Shown: in pieces, positions 37,224 through 46,749 of the stretch
Layout: the number at the start of each line of letters is the position of its first letter
How positions within the stretch are numbered: the first letter of the stretch is position 1
Virus record (IMG/VR): IMGVR_UViG_3300020044_005158
Span: 1-63,828 of that record
Strand: one strand, 5' to 3'
DNA: 63,828 nt
Source: a virus
Lineage: Duplodnaviria; Caudoviricetes
Notes under the pieces: model-generated
Told to the model about the DNA's origin: nothing
Database searches by the model: none
What the model saw: the letters and a program-made list of their open reading frames with translations, nothing else
Translations under genes and position numbers: made by a program

Positions 37224-38810
37224 ATGATAGTCAAAAAAGTACATTTAGGTGATTCTGGACAGGAGAAACTAAAGAAAGGAATCAGAATATTAACGGAGGC
37301 GGTTGCTTCTACGATGGGTCCGGGAGGTCGTCCAGTAATTATGGAGTCCGAGCACCATGTAGGAGGCAAGACGATCACAAAGGACGGTGTGTCTGTAGCC
37401 AAGGCGGTGAATGTGTTTGATGCGACCGAGCAGTTGGGCATCACGATAGCAAGGGAGGCATCAGTACAGACGGCTACGGCAGCTGGCGACGGAACCACTA
37501 CAGCTTTGGTGATACTACAAGGAATGCTAGATGCAGCGGATGCACACCTTACTGACAAGCATAACGTCACTCAGGTAGTTCGTCACATCCACACGCTGAC
37601 GGACGATGCGATTAAGTTTCTAGACAAGAAGTCCAAGAAGGTAACGAAGAAGAAGTTAGATCAGGTGGCAACTATTTCTGCCAATAACGACCCGGAGCTA
37701 GGAAAAATGATCTCCGATTTGTTTGGGAAGGTTAAGATTGTAACTGCCGAGATTGGAAAGCAGCCGTTCGTTACTACGGAGATTATTGACGGGATGAAGT
37801 TCGACCGTGGATACGCGAACGAGTACTTCATCACGGACCAAGAGCGTGAGGTAGCGGAGCTAGATAATCCGTTGATTCTCTTGACTGACATGACGATCGA
37901 GAAGCTGGGTGGACACCTTGAGTCTATACTGGGTCCAATCATCCGTGAGAACAGGTCGTTACTAATCATTGGCAACATGTCTGATCAGGCTCGTGCGACA
38001 CTAGCGGCTAACAAGATGAAGGGGGTAATCAAGGCGGTTAACGTGATCCCACCAAACTTTGGATACCGTCAGAAGGAGATGATGAAGGACTTGGAGGTAG
38101 TTCTTGGGGCGAAGTACTACTCGGAGGAGACTGGAGACGGACTTCACAACATTACGCTAGACGGACTAGGTACAGCGAAGAAGGTAATTATATCGGCAGA
38201 CAGGACAGTTATCTACCGTTCAGATGAAATAGATCAGGAGCCACTAAACAATCGCTTAGAGGAGCTTAAAAGCAAGATGGCGTCCGACAAGACGTTAGCC
38301 GAGAAGAAAGACACCGAGTCAAGGATAGCAAACATTGAGGGAGGAGTTGGTATTGTGCATGTAGGTGCGCCATCAGAGATTGAGACGAAGGAGTTATATG
38401 ACCGAGTTGACGATGCTGTGCGTGCTGTAAGTGCAGCCATTCAGGATGGAATACTTCCGGGTGGAGGTGCAGCTCTGATGTATTACACTCAGAGAGGACC
38501 AGTACAGACGGATGAGAACAAGTCAGTTGCTGAGAGCATTTTTTATACTGCACTAGCGGCTCCATTCAATCGAATCATGCTAAATGCTGGGCTTCATCCA
38601 AGTGAGATACGTTCAAACATAATGGAGGTCGGTGACTTCGGGTACGGGTTCGACGTGAAGAACGAGAAGTACGGGATGATGGAGAAGATGGGAGTGATTG
38701 ATCCTACGATGGTAACGAAGAGCGCACTGAAGAATGCGGTATCTGTAGCCACTACGATCATGTCAAGCCAAGTAGCAATTGTAAATATGAGAGAGAATGA
38801 GAGCTTATAA
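37224..38810 (+). CDS. groEL: Phage chaperonin GroEL
   Basis: ITKDGVSVAK, GDGTTT, GMKFDRGY, RVDDA, PGGG, GVIDP. Confidence 0.95.
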   Translation: MIVKKVHLGDSGQEKLKKGIRILTEAVASTMGPGGRPVIMESEHHVGGKTITKDGVSVAKAVNVFDATEQLGITIAREASVQTATAAGDGTTTALVILQGMLDAADAHLTDKHNVTQVVRHIHTLTDDAIKFLDKKSKKVTKKKLDQVATISANNDPELGKMISDLFGKVKIVTAEIGKQPFVTTEIIDGMKFDRGYANEYFITDQEREVAELDNPLILLTDMTIEKLGGHLESILGPIIRENRSLLIIGNMSDQARATLAANKMKGVIKAVNVIPPNFGYRQKEMMKDLEVVLGAKYYSEETGDGLHNITLDGLGTAKKVIISADRTVIYRSDEIDQEPLNNRLEELKSKMASDKTLAEKKDTESRIANIEGGVGIVHVGAPSEIETKELYDRVDDAVRAVSAAIQDGILPGGGAALMYYTQRGPVQTDENKSVAESIFYTALAAPFNRIMLNAGLHPSEIRSNIMEVGDFGYGFDVKNEKYGMMEKMGVIDPTMVTKSALKNAVSVATTIMSSQVAIVNMRENESL

Positions 38811-39057
38811 TAAGTTTATACTGTGTGAGAAAGTAAGCGAGACCCTGACAATGAAGTCGGGGCTTCAGCTTACGGAGACGGACATGGAGGAGATCCGTTA
38901 CCAGAGAGCGAAGGTTGTTGAGCAGCCGGGTAATCTAGTTGAGGGAATAAAGCTTGGTGACGAGATTTATTATGACAAGGTATACGGTCACGAGGTGGTC
39001 TTTAATGGGAAGACTTACACGATAGTAAATGAGAACAACGTAGCAGCTGTAATATGA
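38797..39057 (+). CDS. groES: Co-chaperonin GroES
   Basis: KSGL, AKVV, GDEIYY..YG.EV; adjacent to groEL. Confidence 0.8.
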   Translation: MRAYNKFILCEKVSETLTMKSGLQLTETDMEEIRYQRAKVVEQPGNLVEGIKLGDEIYYDKVYGHEVVFNGKTYTIVNENNVAAVI

Positions 39058-39248
39058 AATACTTTTGGCATACTATACACATTTTGCAAATACTATTTAG
39101 TGTTACGATGTGTGTGCTGTTTCCATTCTGGGTCAGTAATGGATACTTAAACGAGACGTATCCAATCGTTGGTGCGTTCGTTGCATCATACGGTGGATTT
39201 ATCGGTGGAGTTATTTGGTACTATCAAAACTATAGGCACATAGAATGA
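39054..39248 (+). CDS. Small membrane protein
   Basis: Two hydrophobic helices. Confidence 0.5.
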   Translation: MKYFWHTIHILQILFSVTMCVLFPFWVSNGYLNETYPIVGAFVASYGGFIGGVIWYYQNYRHIE

Positions 39249-39601
39249 TACTGTCGATCATACTTTTTTTACTGTCTGCTGCGTTTGAGGCGGTAATGGA
39301 CTTCCTTCAGTTCAGGTACACTAAGAGGAATCAGTTCTGGAATACGGAGTTGAGTTGGATGAATAAGTGGGACTTCTCAACGGTCCCACGGAAGGAAAGG
39401 TTTCCACTGTCGTCAACGGTACTTGTGTTCCTCACTGATGGCTGGCATCTGATGAAGTGGTGCAGGAACAGATGCCTTGACGGGATAATGTTTGTGTTAA
39501 CGTTTGAGCTTGCAGGGTGGTGGCTTGCTCTTATTATTACTATTGCAATTAGAACTCTTTATGGAGTTATTTTTGAATTTATTTTCAGAAAGATTCGATA
39601 A
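39245..39601 (+). CDS. Membrane protein
   Basis: AVMD..FW...SW.NKW..F..S.T.LV..TDGWHL motif. Confidence 0.65.
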   Translation: MILSIILFLLSAAFEAVMDFLQFRYTKRNQFWNTELSWMNKWDFSTVPRKERFPLSSTVLVFLTDGWHLMKWCRNRCLDGIMFVLTFELAGWWLALIITIAIRTLYGVIFEFIFRKIR

Positions 39602-39631
39602 TGTCGCAAATATTGCATACATTTGCGACAA

Positions 39632-39778
39632 CAGTACCTGAGACCGTTCTAACGTGTGGGAGTTCTCGCAGGCGGCACCAGCTTAGGTCTTTTCACGTGT
39701 AAAGGAAATCCAAAAGGTATAACTTATGACGAACCTCCATGCAAGACTATTGACGAATAGAAACTGCATGGATTTTTT
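39632..39778 (+). ncRNA. Candidate stand-alone structured ncRNA
   Basis: Own -7 box (39618), nested G-U-containing stems, terminator 39736-39778. Confidence 0.5.
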
Positions 39779-39791
39779 GTATCTTTGTAAA

Positions 39792-39953
39792 ATGAAGAAT
39801 AAGGTAAGAATTCAGCCGATGACTGGCATCCAGATGATGATCGAGGCTAAGAAGATGAAAGAGAAAATGGAGGAGCGTGAGGAGGCTATCACTGAGGCTA
39901 TGGCTTTAAAGATGGCTTTAATGAACGGATATTCTCCAAAGAAGGGTAAGTAA
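39792..39953 (+). CDS. Small basic protein (start MKNKV)
   Basis: ATG 5 nt after TATCTTTG. Confidence 0.6.
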   Translation: MKNKVRIQPMTGIQMMIEAKKMKEKMEEREEAITEAMALKMALMNGYSPKKGK

Positions 39954-41071
39954 TGATTAAAATACGCCCGTTAATACAAGTTTTAGGGAAGATAATAAAG
40001 CTACCTAAGGATAGCTACATCGACCCTGAATCACTTGGTAGTGGTGTACCAGATGGAACTAACTTCTTAAGGGGAGATGGTACATGGGCTGCTGCTGGAG
40101 GCGGTGGAGCTGGTAGTATACCTCATGGTACAGCTACTGGCACAGACACTTATGCGGTTACAATTTCAGGTATAGCGTCATTAAACGATGGGGATGCGTT
40201 CCTTGTTAGGTTTACTAATGGGAACACTACAGGGTGTACGCTAAATATAAACTCACTAGGAGCAAAGACGCTCTATAGAAACAATGACGGTCCGTTAATT
40301 GGTGGAGACATCCTTGCTGGAGCCGAGATGTTGTGCATCTATAATTCATCTTTAAACACGTTTCAGGCGATAGGAACTTCTCCAAATACACTACTTGCAT
40401 ACGTAACGAATGCAGACAGTGTAACGATAACAAAGGGTCAGCCAGTGTATGCGTTTGGAGGGACTGGAGACAGACTTAGGGTAAAGAGGGCGCTAAACTT
40501 ATCTGATGCAACATCAGCTCAGACGGTAGGATTAGTGTTATCTACATCTATTGGAGTAAATCAGAAAGGTATAATAATAGTTAGTGGATTACTAGACGGG
40601 TTGAGTATACTACCTACATCTACATGGGCGGATGGAGACCCTGTTTATTTAGGCGCAACTGCTGGAACAATAACGAACGTAAAACCATACGCACCAAATC
40701 ACTTGGTGTACTTAGGGTTTGTAACTACAGCTAGTAACGGATCTGCAGGAAGACTGTATGTTAGAGTTCAGAACGGGTATGAATTAAAGGAAATACATGA
40801 TGTTGATCTTATTACTACCCCACCTATTAATGGTGATGTACTAACATATAATGGATCACTTTGGGTTGCTCAAGCAGGAGGAGCTGGAGTTAGTTATGAG
40901 AGGAGAAGTGACTATGTGTACCCATATGTGTATTCAGGAACAGCAGCAGTAGGTACATTAGATTCAGGAACATGGACAATAAACAGGGTTGACTTTACAA
41001 CTCCGGGCTCACCTATAACTTTACAAGCTATTGGAGCTTGGACAAACAGATATTCATTAACTTATTTATAA
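39953..41071 (+). CDS. Tail fibre/appendage protein
   Basis: FLRGDGTW, ITKGQPVY, EL.E.HDV..GDVL.YNG..W motifs. Confidence 0.7.
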   Translation: MIKIRPLIQVLGKIIKLPKDSYIDPESLGSGVPDGTNFLRGDGTWAAAGGGGAGSIPHGTATGTDTYAVTISGIASLNDGDAFLVRFTNGNTTGCTLNINSLGAKTLYRNNDGPLIGGDILAGAEMLCIYNSSLNTFQAIGTSPNTLLAYVTNADSVTITKGQPVYAFGGTGDRLRVKRALNLSDATSAQTVGLVLSTSIGVNQKGIIIVSGLLDGLSILPTSTWADGDPVYLGATAGTITNVKPYAPNHLVYLGFVTTASNGSAGRLYVRVQNGYELKEIHDVDLITTPPINGDVLTYNGSLWVAQAGGAGVSYERRSDYVYPYVYSGTAAVGTLDSGTWTINRVDFTTPGSPITLQAIGAWTNRYSLTYL

Positions 41072-41074
41072 TTT

Positions 41075-41269
41075 ATGGAAACACAATACTCAATAGTTCA
41101 AAATTCAACAGGTGGAGGAATTAATGCCTTAGTAATGAGGTCATGGTATGTTGACAATGAAGGCAACCAAGTTACTATTAAATCAGATGTAAAGACAGGA
41201 CTTACACTTCAGGAGTGTTTTGATGAGGCTAAGTTATTTGTTGAATCATCAAATGAAATCAATCAGTAA
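41075..41269 (+). CDS. Hypothetical protein
   Basis: Packed between fibre genes. Confidence 0.5.
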   Translation: METQYSIVQNSTGGGINALVMRSWYVDNEGNQVTIKSDVKTGLTLQECFDEAKLFVESSNEINQ

Positions 41270-42321
41270 TGGCAACTATAACAAGTGCGGCAAGTGGTAA
41301 CTGGTCAGCTACTGCAACATGGGTAGGTGGCGTTGTTCCAACAGCGGCAGATGATGTAATTATTGGTGCTGGGCATACTGTTACCGCAGATGTTGATTTC
41401 ACTATTTTAACTTTAAGTGGAGTGGGTAACGTAACTTCAAATCTTGCTGTAACAACTAATAGAAATATTACCTGTACTGGTGTTAATGGGATAACTGCTA
41501 AAAATGTAAATAGCGGTGTTGGATTAGTTAGAATAACTGGTATTGGTATAACTGTTAATATAAATTCAAATCTTCGTATTCCTGGTCAAATTTTAACATA
41601 TGCTGTAAGTGTCGATTCTATATCAACTGTTAATATAACAGGAAATATTTCAGGATTTGATAACTCAGACAACAGGTTTATTACATTAAATATTCCAACA
41701 TCTTCAACAGTTAATGTTATAGGTAATATTAGTGGGGGAGGATCTAATATAGCTGCTAATAATGGTTGTCAACTTAATATAACTGGAAATTTAATAGGTG
41801 GAAGTGTTTTAAACGGTGCATGTATTCAAAATACAAGTGGTGCAGTTACTATTAATATTATAGGTAGTTGTACAGCACAAAGTGGTAGAGCTATGTTGAT
41901 ATCAACAGCGTCAACTATATCTATAAATGGAATAATAACAGCATCTATTAATGCTCAAGCAATATCTGCAGCATTATCAAATGTTACTATTTCAACTCCT
42001 TGTTTTAATGGGTCAAATGGTACAATGGCAGTATTTGCTCCAAATATTAAATTATTTAATGCAGGTTCAGCTCAATGGCAATTTTCAACAGATGTGAGTG
42101 GCACAAATAAAACTCTTTATTCAGCTGGTACAGCACTTGGAAATCCAGCAATAACAGATGTTAGAAATGGTACAACTTACGCGAGTGGTGCATTAACAGG
42201 AACACTAAAAGTTCCATCAGCATCATCAGTAGCAGTTGGAGTGCCAGTAGATAATACAACAGGAACAGCAATGATTTCAGTTACAGATATGGGTGCACTA
42301 TTAGCATCTTATATTGTGTAG
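41269..42321 (+). CDS. Beta-helical fibre/adhesin-like protein
   Basis: [14 protein letters not shown], repeated NITGN, PA..DVR.G..Y motif. Confidence 0.7.
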   Translation: MATITSAASGNWSATATWVGGVVPTAADDVIIGAGHTVTADVDFTILTLSGVGNVTSNLAVTTNRNITCTGVNGITAKNVNSGVGLVRITGIGITVNINSNLRIPGQILTYAVSVDSISTVNITGNISGFDNSDNRFITLNIPTSSTVNVIGNISGGGSNIAANNGCQLNITGNLIGGSVLNGACIQNTSGAVTINIIGSCTAQSGRAMLISTASTISINGIITASINAQAISAALSNVTISTPCFNGSNGTMAVFAPNIKLFNAGSAQWQFSTDVSGTNKTLYSAGTALGNPAITDVRNGTTYASGALTGTLKVPSASSVAVGVPVDNTTGTAMISVTDMGALLASYIV

Positions 42322-42357
42322 TAATAAATGAATTAGTTTCTGTAAGGTGGGCAAGTC

Positions 42358-42837
42358 TTAGTACTCCCTTCTTTTCTGGGGGTTTTTAGATTGCACGTAC
42401 TTATTGAATTCCTCTATTCCAATCATCAGGGCTTTCTCGCTATAGTTCGTCCTAGCAACAGCTGGATTATTCTTGAGTGCCATTGGTATCTCCATCTCGC
42501 AGTTCAGCATCTTGTACATATTTCCGATCACATGTCTGCCATGGCGTGTAAGTTCGTACAGTCGGTATTCAGCTCCGACCTTATCCCTGAACATATGGAT
42601 CCAACCTCCTTCCTTCATGCGTTTGAACCTATGTCGGTCCCATGAGAAGTTGCTTGCGTACACGCTGAACTCTTGGTATGTAAACAGTCCAGCCGTGTAT
42701 AGGTACATCATCATCTCAAGGTCGGCAGTTGACAGGTCGTACTTCAGTAATGTAAACCTTCGGACTACCCGGTAGAACTTCAGGTAGTCATTCTTTGGCT
42801 CTTTACGTATGTAGTTCCGCTGTATTTGTTTTCGCAT
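42358..42837 (-). CDS. MarR-like winged-helix regulator
   Basis: DLEMMMYL..., GWI, YELT..G; divergent -7 box at 42858-42865. Confidence 0.6.
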   Translation of the reverse strand: MRKQIQRNYIRKEPKNDYLKFYRVVRRFTLLKYDLSTADLEMMMYLYTAGLFTYQEFSVYASNFSWDRHRFKRMKEGGWIHMFRDKVGAEYRLYELTRHGRHVIGNMYKMLNCEMEIPMALKNNPAVARTNYSEKALMIGIEEFNKYVQSKNPQKRREY

Positions 42838-42882
42838 TGGATTTTAATTAATTAAGACAAATTTACTATCTTTGCAATAGAT

Positions 42883-43092
42883 ATGCAAATAAGACTGATA
42901 AAAAAGCACAAGGGTATAGGTGATACTATTGCGGCAGTTGCAAAAGTCACTGGTGCTAGTTATATTGCAAACGCTATTTCGAACGGTACTCCAGCACAGC
43001 CTTGCGTACCATGTTCGAAAAGACAAGAGAATTTAAATGATCCAGATCTTCTGGTAAACAAGATATTTTATGGCACTGGGAAAGACAGCTAA
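42883..43092 (+). CDS. Small phage protein
   Basis: GIGDTIA...TG...C..C..RQE.LN. Confidence 0.65.
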   Translation: MQIRLIKKHKGIGDTIAAVAKVTGASYIANAISNGTPAQPCVPCSKRQENLNDPDLLVNKIFYGTGKDS

Positions 43093-43330
43093 GTTCTACA
43101 GAGATAATCCTGAAAGCAGAAAACGTCATCAGGAGACATCAAAGAAGGCAGCCGCTAAACCAGAAGCTAGGAAGAAACGAGCTGAGGCAAATAAGGCTAG
43201 AAGGGAGTTAGGAATACCAAAAGGAAGTCCAATTGATGCGAGTCATAAGAAGGACGGGACAATAGTTAAAGAACACAGAAAGCAAAATAGAGGTAGAAAC
43301 GGATCTGGTGGAAAGTCAGCTCTTAAATAA
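43070..43330 (+). CDS. Basic protein with HNH-like D.SH..NR.RNG motif
   Basis: DASHKKDG...NRGRNG. Confidence 0.55.
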   Translation: MALGKTAKFYRDNPESRKRHQETSKKAAAKPEARKKRAEANKARRELGIPKGSPIDASHKKDGTIVKEHRKQNRGRNGSGGKSALK

Positions 43331-43336
43331 TAAAAA

Positions 43337-43612
43337 ATGGCAGTAAGAACTTGGAATGAAATTTTAACGGCAGCAGCAGGGACAATAATCCTTAATGACA
43401 CCGATGCGTATACATCTCCAGTAAGTGCAATTTATGTGCTTCAGGATACAGTATTTAATACGCTAACTGACGCAGGCGGTAACGACAAGGATGACTACAT
43501 CACTACGTCAGCTACAGCAGTTAAGGCAGGGGCATTAATCACTCCGTTTGATAAGCAGAAGACATTTGTTAATATCGATCTTACATCTGGATCTGTAGCA
43601 CTTATTTTGTGA
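43337..43612 (+). CDS. Small virion-type protein
   Basis: C-terminal I.LTSGSV motif. Confidence 0.55.
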   Translation: MAVRTWNEILTAAAGTIILNDTDAYTSPVSAIYVLQDTVFNTLTDAGGNDKDDYITTSATAVKAGALITPFDKQKTFVNIDLTSGSVALIL

Positions 43613-43851
43613 TGGGTGCATTGACAGTAGAGAATATTTACGAGTTAGTAAAGAAGCATGGACTACTAGCACTCGTTGCTCTCATGCTTAATAATAGACT
43701 TTCAATAGTAGAGGATAGACTTTACGACTGCTACGAGGATCAACTAAGGTCAGAGGTACGGTCTACTGGGATTAATGAAGAAATAGAAGAGCATAAATTA
43801 GTGTACGCAATACTACCACAAGATCCAGTAGGAAAAATTAAGAGATCGTAA
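43609..43851 (+). CDS. Hypothetical membrane-associated protein
   Basis: Short hydrophobic segment; E.RLYDCY. Confidence 0.5.
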   Translation: MMGALTVENIYELVKKHGLLALVALMLNNRLSIVEDRLYDCYEDQLRSEVRSTGINEEIEEHKLVYAILPQDPVGKIKRS

Positions 43852-43852
43852 G

Positions 43853-44104
43853 ATGTCACTCTCAAAACAAATATCATCACTTATTTCTGATATCGCAAGA
43901 GACACGCTAAAGAAAGAGGTGAATGGTAAAAGGGAGTGGGATAGAATGAAGCTTACAATGTTTTCAGCATGGTTGTTTGTAATAATTGCTGCAATAATTC
44001 ATTTCATAATCTCTGGATTTCAGTTGGAGGTATGGCTTACATTTGTTGGAGTAGCAATGGGTTCCAAGCTAATTGATGCAGGAGCTAAAAAAATAGAGAA
44101 ATAA
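43853..44104 (+). CDS. Putative holin
   Basis: Two TM helices in the lysis cluster. Confidence 0.55.
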   Translation: MSLSKQISSLISDIARDTLKKEVNGKREWDRMKLTMFSAWLFVIIAAIIHFIISGFQLEVWLTFVGVAMGSKLIDAGAKKIEK

Positions 44105-44141
44105 TGTACGGATACGGATACACAATATCAGGACCTAAAAA

Positions 44142-44663
44142 ATGATTAGGGGAGTTCTATACTACATAGTTGGATTGGCTTTGTTCCTATTCATTGTTAT
44201 GTTTTTATCAAACTGTGCTACTCCAAATCCAAAGAAGCAGAAGAAGCACTACGATAAGTTTGTTTACTATGGCGGTAAGATAGACACTGTAGAGAAGACA
44301 GTAACCATTACTCAGGTAGTAAAAGGCAAGGACGGCAAAGACTCATTGATTTATGTTGATGTGACTGTACCATGTCCTGAAGCTACGATAGAGTACAAGG
44401 ACAGATGGCATACTCGCAGAATGGACAAGCAAGAACGAGACAGCCTTAAGCACGCAGAGAAGATGCTAAGACTTGAGATCAAACGCCTTGAAAGACAAGG
44501 GAAGACAGATGTTAAGGTAGAAAAAGAAAAAACTAAGCAAGCAAAGTCAGACGCTAGGACAGCCAAGTATGAGAACAAGAGTTCAGGCTGGAAGAATCCA
44601 ATGATATGGGTTATAATGCTAGTAGCACTTGCAATTTCAATTTATTTAATCAAGAGAACATGA
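44142..44663 (+). CDS. Putative spanin (lipobox, coiled region, C-terminal TM)
   Basis: LSNC lipobox, C-terminal hydrophobic helix, beside the endolysin. Confidence 0.5.
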   Translation: MIRGVLYYIVGLALFLFIVMFLSNCATPNPKKQKKHYDKFVYYGGKIDTVEKTVTITQVVKGKDGKDSLIYVDVTVPCPEATIEYKDRWHTRRMDKQERDSLKHAEKMLRLEIKRLERQGKTDVKVEKEKTKQAKSDARTAKYENKSSGWKNPMIWVIMLVALAISIYLIKRT

Positions 44664-45178
44664 GTTACGATTTTTTAAAGAGTGAGAAGTCACCAAAGGT
44701 ATTAGTTGAGGCTGTAAAGCTTATTGGTACTAAAGAGGTGGTTGGTAAGGCACATAATCCAGTAATACTTGGATGGGCTAAAGAACTTGGGTTATCTAAG
44801 GTATATAATGCCGATGAGATTCCTTGGTGTGGACTAGCTGTAGCTTATGCTGTATTTAAGGCAGGATTAAAGCCAGTAGATGCTCCACTATGGGCGCTTA
44901 ACTGGGCGAAGTGGGGTACCGAGGCAAAGGAGCCAATGCTAGGTGACATCCTTACATTCAAACGAGATGGAGGAGGACACGTTGGTTTTTATGTTGGAGA
45001 AGACAAGGACTGCTACCACGTACTTGGAGGAAACCAATCTAACGCAATGAACGTAACTAGGATATTAAAGTCAAGACTACATAAGGCAAGACGTACATCA
45101 TGGAAGTTATCACAGCCTGAAAACGTTCGAAAGGTAACACTTGATTCTAAAGGAACTATCAGCACAAACGAAGCATAA
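44660..45178 (+). CDS. Endolysin, NlpC/P60-CHAP (TIGR02594-like)
   Basis: DEIPWC, GGHVGF, LGGNQ; ATGA overlap start. Confidence 0.8.
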   Translation: MSYDFLKSEKSPKVLVEAVKLIGTKEVVGKAHNPVILGWAKELGLSKVYNADEIPWCGLAVAYAVFKAGLKPVDAPLWALNWAKWGTEAKEPMLGDILTFKRDGGGHVGFYVGEDKDCYHVLGGNQSNAMNVTRILKSRLHKARRTSWKLSQPENVRKVTLDSKGTISTNEA

Positions 45179-45315
45179 TGGCAAAGAAAGAACAATCATT
45201 AATTGCGAAGAAAGCAAAAAAGAAGATCAGTCGTCCGGGTGTTCATAGTAAGTCGAAGACTTCCAAGTTGAAGTCAAGCAAGAACTACAAGAAGACTTAT
45301 AGATCTCAGGGATAG
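45178..45315 (+). CDS. Small basic protein (45 aa, ...RPGVHSK...KKTYRSQG)
   Basis: Manual translation; TAATG coupling. Confidence 0.65.
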   Translation: MAKKEQSLIAKKAKKKISRPGVHSKSKTSKLKSSKNYKKTYRSQG

Positions 45316-45442
45316 TTTTGTATGATTTATCATTCATAACTTATCTTTTTAAGTGTTAATGCATAATTTATCATACAAATATTAAAATTCTTATAACTGT
45401 AACATTTATTGACTATATTTGTGACAAATAAATCAAATCAAA

Positions 45443-45694
45443 ATGAAAAAAGTAATTGAACTTAATCCTAAAGGGATTACACCAGAAGAGTTAGAGGAAA
45501 TGAAAGGTTTAAACAGAGCCTACCAAGAATTCAAACTTCGTATCGCTGACTCTGAAATCATGAAGTCTCAAGCAATTGATGCAATCAAGGCATTAGAGTC
45601 TAGGATGGGTAAATTCAACAACGACTTAGTAGAGAAGTACAAGGTATCTGAAGATACTAAGATCGACATGCATACTGGAGAATTCAAGTCATGA
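45443..45694 (+). CDS. Coiled-coil hypothetical protein
   Basis: L.EKY...ID..TGE. Confidence 0.6.
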   Translation: MKKVIELNPKGITPEELEEMKGLNRAYQEFKLRIADSEIMKSQAIDAIKALESRMGKFNNDLVEKYKVSEDTKIDMHTGEFKS

Positions 45695-45918
45695 AACCAA
45701 TAGCCATTAGAAAGATTTCTATAGGTACGGATCCAATGAATGCAATGCACTTCCAGATTGGGAGTACAATCATGCAAGGCTCTCATCAGATACAACATAT
45801 CGAAAGGGAGGAGTATGGGTATGACATATATATTAAGAACGGATCTAATGAGGTTTACGTATGGAAGACCATCAACAACTTCATGCCAGTCACTATTGAG
45901 CACAACCTAGACTTTTAA
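45691..45918 (+). CDS. Conserved phage protein
   Basis: IRKISIG.D...AMH..WK.....MP..IE. Confidence 0.65.
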   Translation: MKPIAIRKISIGTDPMNAMHFQIGSTIMQGSHQIQHIEREEYGYDIYIKNGSNEVYVWKTINNFMPVTIEHNLDF

Positions 45919-45919
45919 C

Positions 45920-46498
45920 ATGAGATCTCCACACTGCTTTATCGTAGAGCCAAAAGACGGAAAGCGGTACGATAACACCAAAGAACTTGGTGGTAAGGAA
46001 TTCGTCACGTCATCCTCTCAGGAGGACCACTTGGTGACAAATCGTATCGCTGTAGTAGAAAATGTTCCGATTATCTATAACGGACCTATCAAAAAAGGTG
46101 ACGAGATAGTTGTGCACCACAACACGTTCAGACTTTATCACGACATGAAGGGCAGGGAGAAATCCTCTGCCTCTCACTTGTTTGATGATAAGTACATGAT
46201 ATACCCAACAGAGGTTTATGCGTACAGATGTCCGGGTGGGAAGTGGAACGCAATCGCACCGTACTGCTTTGTTGAACCCATCAAGGACACAAACAATACG
46301 GAAGGTCTAATAAAAAACTCTGACGAATTATCACTGTTTGGGGTGATGGTATATCCAAACATTGAGCAGTCAGATATTAAACCCGGAACGATTATTTCAT
46401 TCATACCAGACAGTGAGTATGAGTTTAATATTGACGGTAAGAAGTTATACAGAATGAAAACAAGTATGATATGTCTAGTAAGCGAACGGAAATATTAG
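45920..46498 (+). CDS. Tandem GroES-like protein
   Basis: Two repeats of FxVEP...G/A.V..P....IK.G..I... Confidence 0.55.
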   Translation: MRSPHCFIVEPKDGKRYDNTKELGGKEFVTSSSQEDHLVTNRIAVVENVPIIYNGPIKKGDEIVVHHNTFRLYHDMKGREKSSASHLFDDKYMIYPTEVYAYRCPGGKWNAIAPYCFVEPIKDTNNTEGLIKNSDELSLFGVMVYPNIEQSDIKPGTIISFIPDSEYEFNIDGKKLYRMKTSMICLVSERKY

Positions 46499-46749
46499 AC
46501 GCAGGAATGATTGCGGTTAACGAGCTGATTAAAGTTCTAAAGGACCCAATCATTACTGGAATGGATGGAGACCTTACGGCTGATAAGATGCGAACGGCAG
46601 CAGCGGCTAAGAGACTTGCATTTGAGGATGCGCTCGTTATCTTAGATAAGATTGAGGGAGAGCAGCCAAGTGCTGACCAAGCAGAGATTGCTAAGAAGAT
46701 GGAGCAGATACCTGTATCTTTCGCTGAAGATAAAGCCAAGAAGAAATGA
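46471..46749 (+). CDS. Putative terminase small subunit
   Basis: Directly upstream of and overlapping TerL; AAAAKRLAFEDA. Confidence 0.45.
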   Translation: MSSKRTEILDAGMIAVNELIKVLKDPIITGMDGDLTADKMRTAAAAKRLAFEDALVILDKIEGEQPSADQAEIAKKMEQIPVSFAEDKAKKK

